From: Octopus vulgaris
Lineage: Eukaryota
Assembly (NCBI GenBank): GCA_951406725.2
Contig: OX597824.1
Coordinates: 89,962,001 to 90,026,000 of the forward strand
Length of the DNA stretch: 64,000 nt
Direction of reading: 5' to 3'
In this document: positions 1-12,701 of the stretch, one piece after another
Position numbering within the stretch: position 1 is the stretch's first letter
Layout: each line of letters starts with the position of its first letter
The notes under the pieces: generated by a model
What the model saw: only the letters and a program-made list of their open reading frames with translations
The model's database searches: none
Told to the model about the DNA's origin: nothing
Position numbers and translations under genes: made by a program

Positions 1-320
1 CCGATCGTCGTTTCTTCAAGAGAGATTTCCTATCATTCTTGTACCATTTATCTGCCATTCCAGCTTCCTCCTTGAGACGAAATGGACAAAAATACTTTGA
101 CCAACGATCGCAGACCTTAACATTTCTTTCTCTCTCTCTCTTTTTCTCCGTGTTTGTTCGAAACCAAATGTCTTATATTATACCCTCGTCTCTCTCTCTC
201 TCTCTTCCCATCTTTATATCATCCACATTTTTCGGTCATAGTAAAATTAAATTAACTACCCTGTGAAGAACAGGAAATGGATGATAACGTGTGGGTGTGT
301 ACATATATACATACATACAT

Positions 321-380
<60 letters not shown>

Positions 381-509
381 CGTTTTTAGCAGTAGAACTC
401 GAAGCAGATAAAGCTATGAATAATAGCAATGTGAATATTGGTTCTAAAAATCCGTTTTTGATAGACAAAGTCAAACACTGCCCATATATATATGTGTGTG
501 TACATACAC

Positions 510-568
<59 letters not shown>

Positions 569-606
569 ACACACACACAATTCAACATACACAGATTCTC
601 TCTCTT

Positions 607-682
<76 letters not shown>

Positions 683-1045
683 GTGTATGTTGATTTGTTT
701 TACTGTGTGTAGTGCATTTTGAAAGTGGGTGGGGTGTATAAATATTTAGCTGTATCCAGGGTGTAGGAAGTAGTTCGAGGTTTTGTATATAGCTATAAAA
801 ATAGAAGGACTTTCAGAGGTGGGTGTATAAAATACAAGTATCCACATTTAATAGGAGTAATATAATTATATTTAAATTAAATTTTTTTTAGCCGTGTGTG
901 ATTCAATTTGCAAACAATACGGGGGGAAAACGACTCGATACAACAGTTGTAGAGTATAAGGTATTATGATATCTATTGTAGAGTACAGAATATTCTTTCG
1001 TAAAGTTGCTTGATATCTTTGTTCACGTACACACGCACATACATA

Positions 1046-1227
1046 GGCGCAGGAGTGGCTGTGTGGTAAGTAGCTTGCTTACCAACCACATGGTTTGGGG
1101 TTCAGTCCCACTGCGTGGCACCTTGGGCAAGTGTCTCTTCTACTATAGCCTTGTGAGTGGATTTCGACCAAAGCCTTGTGAGTGGATTTGGTAGATGGAA
1201 ACTGAAAAGAAGTCCGTCGTATATATG

Positions 1228-1262
<35 letters not shown>

Positions 1263-1430
1263 TGTCCCTCCAACATCGCTTGACAACCGATGGTGGTGTG
1301 TTTACGTCCCCGTTAAAGAGACCGATAGCATAATTACTAGGCTTACAAAGAATAATACTGGGGTCGATTTGCTCGATTAATGGCGGTGCTCCAGCTTGAC
1401 CGCAGTCAAATGATTGAAACAAGTAAAAGA
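1046..1430 (+). mobile_element. tRNA-derived SINE family A (CORE-like), near full length
   Basis: Head GGCGCAGGAGTGGCTGTGTGG...GGTTCAGTCCC (A/B-box like), CORE-like GGCACCTTGGGCAAGT, internal (TA)/(TG) microsatellite, tail GACCGCAGTCAAATGATTGAAACAAGTAAAAGA. About 25-30 full or partial copies occur in the window. Confidence 0.85.
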
Positions 1431-1452
1431 GTATACGTATGTATCTTTAGCG

Positions 1453-1579
1453 TGTTTCAGTCAGTAGACTATGGCCATGCTGGGGCACCGCTCTGAATAA
1501 TTCTTAGTCGAATGAATCCCCCTTTGCTGAAACGCTAAGTTATGGGGACGTAAACACACCAACACCGGTTGTCGGTTTT

Positions 1580-1614
<35 letters not shown>

Positions 1615-1728
1615 CCACGTCGGGTTTCTTTCAGTTTCCGTCGGTAGAAAACACTTGCCCAAGGTGTCACGCAGTGGGACTGAACCAAGAACGATGTGCT
1701 TGTGAAGCAAGCTTCTTACCACACAGCC
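1453..1728 (-). mobile_element. SINE family A, internally deleted
   Basis: Reverse complement of the family A head and tail. Confidence 0.8.
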
Positions 1729-1916
1729 AAATACTTTTTACTCGCTTCAGTCCTTGAACTGCGTGGCCATGCTGGAGCACCGCTTTGAAGGGTTTCAGTC
1801 GAACAAATCGACCCCTGTAATTATTCTGTCGGTGTCTTTTGTCGAACGGCTAAGTTACGGTTGTCGAGCGGCGCGAAGGAACAACCCCTTCCACACACAC
1901 ACAAACACATATATAT

Positions 1917-2284
1917 GTGGCTGTGTGGTAAGAAGCTTCCTTCCCAACCACATGGTTCCGGGTTCATTCCCACTGCGTGGCACCTTGGGCAAGTGTCTTC
2001 TACTATAGCCTCGGGCCGACCAAAGCCTTCTGAGTGGATTTGGTAGACGGAAACTGAAAGAAGCCCGTCATGTGTGTATCCCACGTCCCACCCCCCGCTT
2101 GATAACCGGTACTGGTGTGTTTACGACCCGTAACATTAGCGGTTCGGCAAAAACGACAGATTGAATAAGTTGAAGGCTTTAAAAAATTAAAAAATTGCGG
2201 TCGATACACTCAACTAAAATTCTTTAAGACATTGCCCCAGCATGGCCGCAGTCTAATGACTGGAACAAGTAAAAGATAAAAGAT
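1917..2284 (+). mobile_element. SINE family A
   Basis: Family A head, core and tail motifs. Confidence 0.85.
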
Positions 2285-2291
2285 ATACAGG

Positions 2292-2443
2292 GTTATTTAC
2301 ATTATTTACATTTGACGGATATTTGTCCTCATCTTGTTTGTTGTTAACACAACGTTTCGGCTGATATACTCTCCAGCCTTCATCAGGTGTCTTGAGGAAA
2401 TTTCAAACCTGGGTTCTCATTCCTAAGGTATTTTTCGATATTA

Positions 2444-2486
<43 letters not shown>

Positions 2487-2566
2487 AGTCACTGCCTGTA
2501 ATCGAACTCGGAATCTTGGGGTTAGTAGCCCGCGCTCTTAACCACTATGCCATATGCTCGTGGGCA
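2292..2566 (-). mobile_element. tRNA-headed SINE-like element containing a hammerhead ribozyme motif
   Basis: Minus strand: TGGCATAGTGG (A box, 2552-2542), GTTCGATTAC (B-box like, 2507-2498), (AAT)n spacer, hammerhead, then (ATGTAAATA)x2 tail. Confidence 0.7.
2346..2391 (-). ncRNA. Minimal type I hammerhead ribozyme (Penelope type)
   Basis: GACAC-CUGAUGA-A-GGCUG-gagaguauau-CAGCC-GAAAC-GUU-GUGUU: intact core boxes, 5-bp stem II, palindromic ACGU stem III, stem I GACAC/GUGUU. Confidence 0.75.
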
Positions 2567-2924
2567 TGTATATATATATATAACTATATATAAGGTTATT
2601 AGCAATATGAGTTGATGTTTTTTTGATTATGAAAACTTTAGCATTTCACAATCATTTATATCGATGTGTGGTGGCGTTCATGCGTTTTCCACTATTATTA
2701 ACACCCCGGTCGGGAAGAAAGGAAGTCTTCAACTGATTGGAACTGATTTGACGTGATCGACAAGTTATGTGTGTGTGGGGGGGAGGGAGATAGGTTACCT
2801 TTTAACTTATCGGACTCACCTGTTGCATATACTTAGTGTATATATACACATTTGTATGCACTCATACTCTCACACACATACACACACGCACACACCTCAG
2901 CTATTCATCTATGCAACATCCATG

Positions 2925-3260
2925 ACGTCTCTATCATCGTCATTGTCATCATCATCATCGTTATCATTGTTATCCTTCTCGTCATTATCATAATCATCAT
3001 CATCACCATCGTCATCACCATCATCGTCATCACCATCATCGTCATCACCATCATCATCACCATCATTATCATCATCCTCACCATCATTGTCATCATCACC
3101 ACCATCATCGTTATCATCATCATCGTCATCACTATCATCACCACCATCATCATCATCATCATCACCATCACCACCATCATCACCACCACCATCATCGTCA
3201 TCACCACCATCATCGTCATCACCATCGTTGTCATCACCATCATCGTCATCATCATCGTCA
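2925..3260. repeat. Degenerate (CAT/CAC)n microsatellite
   Basis: Directly visible; abuts an RTE-type tail. Confidence 0.95.
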
Positions 3261-4014
3261 TTTAACGTCCCTGTTCCATTCTGGAATGGTTTGATCAATT
3301 TGACAAGACCTGGTCAAGCACGGGTCTGTGTTAAGCTCCAGTGTCTGCTTCGGCAGGATGTGCATGGCCAGATGCCCTTCTTAATACCAACCATTGTGTA
3401 CTGAATACTGTTTTTTTTTTTGTACTTTCATACCACTAGCACCACCAAGCTCACCATCTAACTTGCAAAACAGGAAAAGAACAGCCAAAAGGGGTGGGAG
3501 TATTTGAGAGTGGGATCTGGGTGGCTTTGTGCCCCGGTGTTCGGAGGTTGAAGCATGAGAGATACAAGCGTACATGACTTGCTATAGAGCAGACACATGG
3601 TTACCCCACAAGGGATTTTTTTTTTGTTTTGTATTCCATGGGGCATTCAAAGTGTGGAGCAACTGGGTAGAATGTCAAAAAGAAATGCCAACATCAGAAC
3701 AACATTCCACTTAAGCAAAGCCATGGAATATTGTTATTCAAACACACACACATCAACATCATCATCATTTTTCCCATCATGCTTTCCATGCTGGCATGGG
3801 TTAGATGGTTTGACAGGACCTGAGGAGTTGCAGGGCTGCATCAAGATCCAGTGTCAACTCTCACAAGCTTTCTACAGCTGGATGACCTTCCTAATGTCAA
3901 CCACTTGACAGAGTTCACTGGCTGCTTTTGTTATCCTACCAACTCTAGTAATGCGACTGAGTAAGTTGCTAGGCAACAAAAAGAACACTGAGCTAACACC
4001 CATGGACAACTATT

Positions 4015-4347
4015 ATCTTTTACCTGTTTTAGTCATTAAACTGCGGCCAAGCTGGGGCACCACTTTGAAGAATTTGTAATCGAATAAATCAACCCCAGTA
4101 CTTATTTACTTTTTATAAAACTTCATACTTATTATATCGTTGTTATTTTATCAAACCACTAAGTTATGGAGGCATAAACTCAGCAACACTAGCTGTCAAG
4201 CGGTGGTCGGGGCAAACGCATATACGGCAGGCTTCTTACAGTTTCCATCGACCAAATCTGCTCAAAAAGCTTTGGTCAGCCCAAGGATAGAATAGAACTC
4301 GGAACCATGTGGTTGGGAAGCTAACTTCTTACCACACAGCTGCGCTT
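4015..4347 (-). mobile_element. SINE family A, diverged
   Basis: Reverse complement of family A motifs. Confidence 0.7.
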
Positions 4348-4394
4348 GCGTGGTTTACAAAATCAAAAAATAACATGGCACCCATGGCTTTCAG

Positions 4395-5192
4395 AGACAT
4401 TTGTTCATGCTCAGAATTGCTGAAGCAAAGAATAAATTGCCCACATCAGTTGTTAGCTGTTGGGACACTGCATCCTTCAAAACTTCCATGTTTCCCGAAA
4501 TCCCCCAACAGCACACATATCCCCATCCCCAACCCATCCACTAATCATTTTCTGTACATTATTCTGTGTAAATTACTATTTGTAAATCTCACAATGAGAG
4601 ATATTCAGCAACAGTACTTTGGAGTAAAGCCTATTTGCCAACATAACATGGTAGTCCTGTTTTAGGATGAATATTGCTGTAATTTAGCCCCGGGAGACAG
4701 TCTCCAACTGACTATATGACATGATCTGTGTCCTTACATTTTCGAACAAGGGAATCTAGCACTCCCCTCAGCTCAAAACAATATCTGTGTATTGCAATTT
4801 CAGGGTTATTTTCCTTCATCAGCACAGAATAATTGTTCAGCTAGACGTGGCACTGCCAAATTCCCATTCGAAATCTATAGTTTTCAAAGTGACAACTAGT
4901 TACTGATTTATAAATTAGAACATTACTATTTTTAAATCTCACAATGATACACAGATATTGTTTTGAGCTGAGTGGGAGTGCTAAATGCCCTTGTTCGAAT
5001 ATATAAGGACACACCATGTCAAATAGCCAGCTGGAGACAATGTCTCCTGGGGCTAAATTACAGCAACATTCGTCCTAAACCAGAACTGCTATGTTATGTT
5101 GGCAAACAATCTTTACTGCATTATTCTATGTACTTTTGCAGTTTTGGCTATCATTTCTGCTGAATTTTTGTGCACCTGAGCACAGTATACAA
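4395..5192 (+). mobile_element. Diverged CR1-type LINE 3' end, interrupted by an inverted-repeat element
   Basis: 4395-4530 matches 46330-46450 (ATCAGTTGTTAG...TGCATCCTTCAAAACTTCCATG). The tail GTGCACCTGAGCACAGTATACAATA resumes at about 5170. Confidence 0.65.
4571..5118. mobile_element. Fold-back element with ~170-bp inverted arms
   Basis: Arms ~4622-4792 and ~4947-5118. Flanking direct repeat CATTATTCTRTGTA at 4557-4570 and 5119-5132. Confidence 0.75.
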
Positions 5193-5436
5193 TATTCTTG
5201 AAGTACTTCTTGGATACACTCAAAGCCTCACAGAAGACCTTTGAGATCAACCTGATGACAGTTAGGACAGATCAACAAAAGGACTGTTTCTTTAAGGCCC
5301 TCTTGTTTGACTGCATTGAAAACAGATAACAGTGACCTTTGAATCACAGCATGTGGCTTTTTTAAACAAATTGGGAAACCTCAGGATGACCAGTCTGGTG
5401 TATATGGTGGCTGTTGGTATCATTCATAGAAATGAG

Positions 5437-5667
5437 GGTGGTGAGCTGGCAGAAACGTTAGCACACCGGGTGAAATGCTTAGCGGTATTTTGTCTGCCAT
5501 TACGTTCTGAGTTCAAATTCTGCCGAGGGCAATTTTGCCTTTCATCCTTTCGGGGTCGATTAAATAAGTACCAGTTATGCGCTGGGATCGATATAATCGA
5601 CTTAATCCGTTTGTCTGTCCTTGTTTGCCCTCTCTTTGTTTAGCCCCTTGTGGGTAGTAAAGAAATA
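5437..5667 (+). mobile_element. Meta-domain SINE (family B) with 17-bp TSD
   Basis: GCCTTTCATCCTTTCGGGGTCGAT...AGTACCAG Meta/MESC-like core. TSD GGTATCATTCATAGAAA at 5416-5432 and 5668-5684. Confidence 0.85.
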
Positions 5668-5807
5668 GGTATCATTCATAGAAAGCAGAAAAATCAAGGT
5701 TATTGAAGTTCTGTAATGCTAATAACCTGGCATTTTGTCAGAAAATCAAGCAGATCACTTAACTGCCTTGCCCCCCCACCAACACACACAAGCACACACA
5801 TACGCAT

Positions 5808-6025
5808 TTATTATCTATGGTCCTCTTTACTTCCTATTTCACTCAAGTGGACCCTCATTTGATGATTAAATAAAATCCTGTTATAATCCTGTTTCATAAT
5901 CAAATATATATTATTAGAGATTGTATGAAAATAGTGTTTGAATATTTTCTGTATTGTTGACATATAACTAATTGAATAAAAAAAGGATCCCCAGGGGTCA
6001 TCTGGACCCAGGTTGAGAGTCAGTG
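5808..6025 (+). mobile_element. Diverged copy of the hAT MITE at 12438
   Basis: Shared internal CTATGG..C.CTTT..TTCCTATTT and a GGTTGAGA...end. Confidence 0.5.
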
Positions 6026-6422
6026 GCATACAGAGTGACCAGCAGTTGAAATTGGTAATTATGTGGTCAGAGCATCCATGAAAGATATGAAGGCAGGGAA
6101 AGCAGCTGGACCATTGAGGTTAGTCCCTGTGATACTGAAAATATCTGGCAAAATAGGGCCATAGAAGATAGTCACTCATATAGTCAATCAGGTGATACAG
6201 GAAGGGGTCATTCTGAAAAGCCGAATTGGTTGTGTCACCATCAGCTGCTAGAAGGACAGAGAAAATGTTTGAGAATGAAGGAACTACACAAGCATCAGAC
6301 TGATAGATCAAGATGTGAAACAAACCGAAACAGTTTTATCATAATTAATTAGGAAGTCAATTAGCTTTAGGTAAGATGTTCATACAAGTATGAAACAAAT
6401 CATTAGAATGATAATTATTCAT

Positions 6423-6793
6423 TCATCATCATCATCATCGTTTAACGTCCGCTTTCCATGCTAGCATGAGTTGGATGATTTGACTGATGGCTGGCAAACC
6501 AGACGGCCGCACCAGGCTCCAATCTTGATCTGGCAGAGTTTCTACAGCTGGATGCCCTTCCTAATGCCAACCACACCTAGGGTGTAGTGGGTGCTTTTAC
6601 ATGCCACCAGCACGGGGGCCAGTCAGGCGGTACTGGCAACGACATCGCTTGAATCTTTTTACACATGCCACTGCCTCAGGTGCCAGTAAGGCGACGCTGG
6701 TAACAATCACGCTTGAATGGTGCCTTTTACGTGCCACCGGCACGGAAGCCAGATAGCCGCTCTAGCAATGATCATGCTCAGATGGTGCTCTTA
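6423..6793 (-). mobile_element. RTE-type 3' tail element
   Basis: Reverse complement of AGGAAGGGCATCCAGCTGTAGAAAC...CATGCTAGCATGGAAAGCGGACGTTAAAC(GAT)n, the same tail that follows the RTE ORF remnants. Confidence 0.75.
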
Positions 6794-7127
6794 TCAGTAA
6801 TTTTGCATCATCAGATACCGTCTTTGGACTGAGTTCTTTCGTTCTTGCTACCCACCCCACCCACATGCCACCGCCACCGTCAAGAGGCTTTCTTCACATT
6901 TAGTTCATTCTGAAAGACATAAAGACTTCCTTCAAAGGTAAAAAGCCAAAGACCTTGCAAGTGAACGTTGTTAAATTCCTCACACAGCCTAATATAAACA
7001 AACACTCACACACACACTCACGGCTATCTATCACATAGGCTTTTTAGCTTTATGAAATCTGAAAGTAGGTAAGCTGTATACATACATGACTTTTGTGGTT
7101 GTTCTATTAATATACAGTTGTATGCAA

Positions 7128-7160
<33 letters not shown>

Positions 7161-7249
7161 GAAAATGTGACACAGGAGAACAATGAAGGAACTCACAGAA
7201 TACAGGAAAAACATACAGAGGATGTGAATAAGCTCACTACTCATCATTT

Positions 7250-7277
7250 ACACACACACACACACACACACACAAAG

Positions 7278-7310
<33 letters not shown>

Positions 7311-7605
7311 AAGACACATACACACACAAAGACAAACACACACACACACACAAAGGCACACACACACACAAAGACACACACACACACACACAGAAAGACA
7401 CATACACACACAAAGACACACACACACACAAAGGCACACACAAAGGCACACACACACACACACATAGAAAGACACATACACACACAAAGACAAACACACA
7501 CACACACAGACACTCACACACACACAGACACACAAAGATACACGCACACATACAAAGATACACGCACATACACAAAGACACAAACACACACACACACATA
7601 CAAAA

Positions 7606-7642
<37 letters not shown>

Positions 7643-7750
7643 ACACACACACACAAAGACACACGCACACACACAAAGACACACACACACACACACACAA
7701 AGACACACACACACAAAGACACACACACACACACACACATACACATAAAC
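7250..7750. repeat. Compound (CA)n/AAAG microsatellite
   Basis: Directly visible. Confidence 0.95.
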
Positions 7751-8171
7751 ACTAATTATTCGTGACAGAAGCACTACTAAGACCAAAAAGTAATCTTTAT
7801 ATCCAATTAAACATGGTTGTTATTTTAGAACACCAAATACTGTGTTGTTAGCCTTGAGAGATCCTCTCGTATATATCCTGGAGTAATAAAGGTAGAATGA
7901 GGTATTTTTACCTCTTCGCTGAAACAGCTGTAAGTTATTTTCCTAATTTATAACCCTGTATGTTATATTTTAATAATTACTGGTATCTTTATATATTAGT
8001 ATATTCTATATGTAAAATATAAAATATATTTTATATGCTATACATATATGTATATTCTTGTAATTATCATCTTAGTAAATAAATAAGTTGACATAATATA
8101 ATGTCTAAAAGTTGATGAACCACCTATTGATCCCCTCCATTTTCTTATTGCTCTCTCTCTCTCTCTTTCTC

Positions 8172-8244
<73 letters not shown>

Positions 8245-8251
8245 GTGTGTA

Positions 8252-8673
8252 GGCACAGGCATGGCTGTGTGGTAAGAAGCTTGCTTCCCAACCACATGGT
8301 TATAGGTTCAGTTCCACTGCATGGCACCTCGGGCAAGTGTCTTCTACTATAGCCTTGGGCCGACCAATGCCTTCTGAGTGGATTTGATAGATGGAGACTG
8401 AAAGAAGCCCATCATATATATGTGTGTGTGTGTGTGTATAGATATATGTGTGTATATATTTGTATGTCTGTGTTTGTCACCCCCACCATCACTTGACAAC
8501 TGATGTTGGTTGGTGTGTTTACATCCCTGTAACTAAGCAGTTCAGCAAAAGAGACCGATAGAATAAGTACTAGGCTTACAAAGAATAAATCCTGGAATCG
8601 ATTTGTTCAACTAAAGGTGGTACTCCAGCATGGCCACAGTCAAATGACTGAAACAAGTAAAAGAATAAAAGAA
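8252..8673 (+). mobile_element. SINE family A, full length
   Basis: Complete head, core, microsatellite and tail. Confidence 0.9.
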
Positions 8674-9215
8674 TATATATATATATATATATATATATGG
8701 CTGCTTCTAATTCCTGTTTGAATAGTGGGGGTGGGGGGCTCCTTGTCATAACATCATGTGATGGTAGTAAATGATTGTCCTCTTGTACTAGCAATGTTGT
8801 TCATTTCCAATCTTCCATGAAAACATGTCTGGACTTGAGAAAAATATTGACTTACCTGGAAACAGGTGACAGTTGCCAGCAAGAACATCATCCAGCCATA
8901 GAAAATCTGCCTCTGTAAACTGTGTCCAGCCCATGCAAGCATGGAGAAGTGGATATTGAATCAGTGATGACATGAAGGAGGGACAATGTCGATAAAATTG
9001 ACTGTGGGATAAAAAGCTTGTGTCACAACCACATGGTTCTGTGTTCAGTCCTTCTGTGTGGCACCTTGGGCAAGTGTTTTCTCCTATAGCCTCAGGCTGA
9101 CCAAAATCTTGTGGATGAAATTGGTAGATGGAAACTGAAAGAAACCTGTCATAGATATATATATTTATACACACACACATACACACATTCATGTATATGT
9201 GTGTGTCTTTGTGTT

Positions 9216-9266
<51 letters not shown>

Positions 9267-9267
9267 G

Positions 9268-9306
<39 letters not shown>

Positions 9307-9359
9307 GTAGGTAGGTAGGTAGGTAGGTAGGTAGGTAGGTAGGTAGGTAGGTAGGTAGG

Positions 9360-9427
<68 letters not shown>

Positions 9428-9760
9428 GTGACAGACAGACAGGTAGATAGATAGAGTGACAGACAGACAAGTAGATAGATAGATAGACAGACAGACAGGT
9501 AGATAGATAGATATATATATATATAGATAGATAGATAGATAGAGTGACAGACAGACAGGTAGATTGATAGATAGATAGATAGATAGTTAGATAAATAGAT
9601 AGATAGATAAATAGATAGATAGATAGAGTGACAGACAGACAGGTAGATTGATAGAGTGACAGACAGACAGGTAGATAGATAGATAGACAGACAGACAGGT
9701 AGATAGATAGATATATGGATAGATAGATAGTCAGATGGGTAGATAGACAGAGAGAGAGAG
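9216..9760. repeat. (GATA)n/(GGTA)n/(GACA)n microsatellite
   Basis: Directly visible. Confidence 0.95.
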
Positions 9761-10604
9761 ACAGATGTGTGTGTGTGTGTGAACACTTTTATAAATGAAC
9801 TTGAAGTGCTGAATATTTTGGTATTTTAGAAATGAAGGAAATCTTGATTGTAGGAGAATAATTGTGCAAACAGATGAGAGGTGCAGATTGCGTTTCTCAG
9901 TATCAGTATGTTGGCCCCTTTTTTCTCTCCATTTATAAGGGTAGTTTACCTGATCCTCTAAACTGTTTTCACAGCTATTACTTTCCTGCATTTGAGATTT
10001 CCTCCATTTCTAAAATGTGTGTGTGTGTTCGGGGGATGCATTTGTGTTTTTCTTTCTCGGCTAAACAACTGGTGTCAGTTTGTTAACGTTCCTGTAACTT
10101 AGCAGTCCAGCAAAGATATTGATAGAATGAGATAGATAGATAGAGAGGTAGATATCAGGAAATAAATTCATGAGATATGAACACACCTGGGAGTGTAGTG
10201 TGCAGTAAGACAAGCTTGTGAGTCAGCAGGTGATACACCTTGCATTATTCTTACCCTAAAAAAAAAAAAAACCAAGAGCTAAATGAGGTCACACACACAC
10301 ACACATACACACACACATAATATGCAAGCATGGAGACGTGAATGTTAAAATGAGGAGGATGTTTATTTATTTACACACACACACATATACATACATATAT
10401 ATATATATATATGTATATAAAATATGAATTAGAGATAAAACCACTATTAGGCAACTCAAACAGGAAAATTTTATTTTATCTCTAATCCATATTTTATATA
10501 TTTATACTGTGAAATTTGATTTAATACTAAATCTAATTTTTCCCTGTAAATTTGGAACCATAATCCCTAATATTATTATTATTATATATATAAATATATA
10601 TTCG

Positions 10605-10872
10605 AGTGTGATCATTACCAGTGTCACGTTACTTGTGCTGGTGGCACGTAAAAAAACATTCAAGCGAGGTCGTTGCCAGTGCCACTGGACTGGCTCCTGT
10701 GCAGGTGGCACGTAAAAAACACAATTTGAGTGTCGCCGTTGCCAGTACTGCCTGACTGGTTGGCGTTACGAAGGGCATCCAGCTGTGGAAACTCTGCCAG
10801 ATCAAGATTGGGGCCTGGTGCAGCCAGTCCTCAGTCAAATCGTCCAACTCATTCTAGTCATGTTAAATGATG
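10605..10872 (+). mobile_element. RTE-type 3' tail fragment
   Basis: GGTGGCACGTAAAA repeats followed by AAGGGCATCCAGCTGT. Confidence 0.7.
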
Positions 10873-11020
10873 ATATATATGTACACACACACACACACAC
10901 ACATTGCATTGATAGATACAAATATATACAGACATACTTATTCATACTTGTCAAATGAAATATGAGCCATAAGTCTATGTGTGTGTGTCTGCATGTGTGT
11001 ACATATACACATAGATACAA

Positions 11021-11060
<40 letters not shown>

Positions 11061-11311
11061 GTGACAGAATCAATATTAATATCACAAGGTAATCTTTGTC
11101 TCCCACGTAATGTTGTGGGTGTGTTATAACACAAAATATTTCATTATTTACATTGAGAGGACATCTCATATGGGCTCATGGTTCATAAAAACACTTGTTT
11201 TCATACTATTGACAGATGAGAACCATCTATTACAGCCACCAAAGCTGCTAGATCCTGTGATTTCCCCCTGCTGTGAGTTCTTCAGTGACAGGTGTCCAGC
11301 AGCACAATAAC

Positions 11312-11417
11312 AACTGAATCTTCCATTGACAATATATAGAACCTCAGTGTCTAGACAGTCACAGGTGTCACTGAATAGACTCTAAGATTCTATATATTGT
11401 TGATGGAAGATTCAGTT
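11312..11417. repeat. 106-bp imperfect palindrome
   Basis: AACTGAATCTTCCATTGACAATATATAGAA pairs with TTCTATATATTGTTGATGGAAGATTCAGTT, and pairing continues toward the centre. Confidence 0.85.
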
Positions 11418-11702
11418 ATTATGAAGACCCTCTGTGATAAAATTTAACACCTGTTGATTAACCTTCCCTCACTTCAGTTTTTGGTCAAGGCTAGTGGCAT
11501 TGTGCTTAAGCACAAAGGAGTCTAGTGTTAATCAGTGTTAATGGCTTGACATTGATGGAACCTCGTAAAATATCACACCCCGCTAGAAACAACAGTCAAA
11601 TCTCTTTTGCACTACACTCCATGTGGCTTAAAAAACAGAAGGGCACAATAGGTAATACAGTCCTAGATACACCACTCCACCCCTCTCACTCACACTCTAG
11701 AC

Positions 11703-11750
<48 letters not shown>

Positions 11751-12437
11751 GAAGATGGTCATGGTTGTTGGATCGGCAGAAATGTTAAAGCATCAGACAA
11801 GATGTCTTTGTTGTTACAATAATTTATCTTAGCTATTTTTACTGCAATGTAAATCCCCACCATGACAACCACCACTGGTTCTGCTTTTCTTTCTTTTCTT
11901 TCTTCTTTTTTTTTTGCTTGCTCAAAATCTTCAACTCTTATAAGCAAAAAAAAAAAAGGAAAAACAATTCTTCTTCTTCTTCTTCTTCTCCAAGCCTTAT
12001 AGATAACTGAGTGGGGAAGAAGCTCGATTCCTGATCCCATGGTTTTGGCACCTTGGGGTAAGAGTCTTCTACTATGGGCCCCAGGCTGGTCAATGCCTTG
12101 TGAGTAGATTTGGTGGATAGAAACTATGAGGAAACCCATCAACTGAATTGTTAACGCCACAGGCTATATATATATATACATACATACAATTACACACACG
12201 CACACACATCTATATATAAGGCCTGAAATTTGGGGGGAGGAGGTAAGAAGATTACATCGATCCCAGTATGCAACTGGTACTTAATTTATCGACCCCGAAA
12301 GGATAAAAGGCCAAGTTGACCTCGGCAGAATTTGAACTCAGAATGATGTCTTGGGCTAACTGGATCCTATAAAGGAGCTGTTGTAGTAACAGACCACGAA
12401 ACACAGTTGAAATTCCCTCTAAAGTGATTGTGTAGAA

Positions 12438-12701
12438 CAGTGGTTCTGAACCCTTTTTTTTACCTATGGACCCCTTTGATTCCTATTTTGCTCGGATGAA
12501 CCCTCCAAGTCATTCAGTGTTTTTAAAATTATATCACATTTTCATAATTAATTATCATAAACTTACAAAAAACAAAATTTGCTGGAATATTTTCTGTTCT
12601 GTAGAAATATAACTTACTGCACATAAATTTTAACAAGATCTTATCTGGACCCTTAAAGGACCATATCTGAACCCTCAAAGGAGCCTGGTTGCGAACCACT
12701 G
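12438..12701. mobile_element. Non-autonomous hAT (Charlie-like) MITE
   Basis: TIRs CAGTGGTTCTGAACC / GGTTGCGAACCACTG. 8-bp TSD GTGTAGAA / GTGTAGAG. Confidence 0.85.

Noticed and set aside
2700-2765. GGAAGT, ATTGG and TGACGTG promoter-like cluster
   Set aside because: Short motifs with no associated transcript evidence.
7921-7934. GAAACAGCTGTA, a hammerhead 3' half
   Set aside because: No CUGANGA box upstream.
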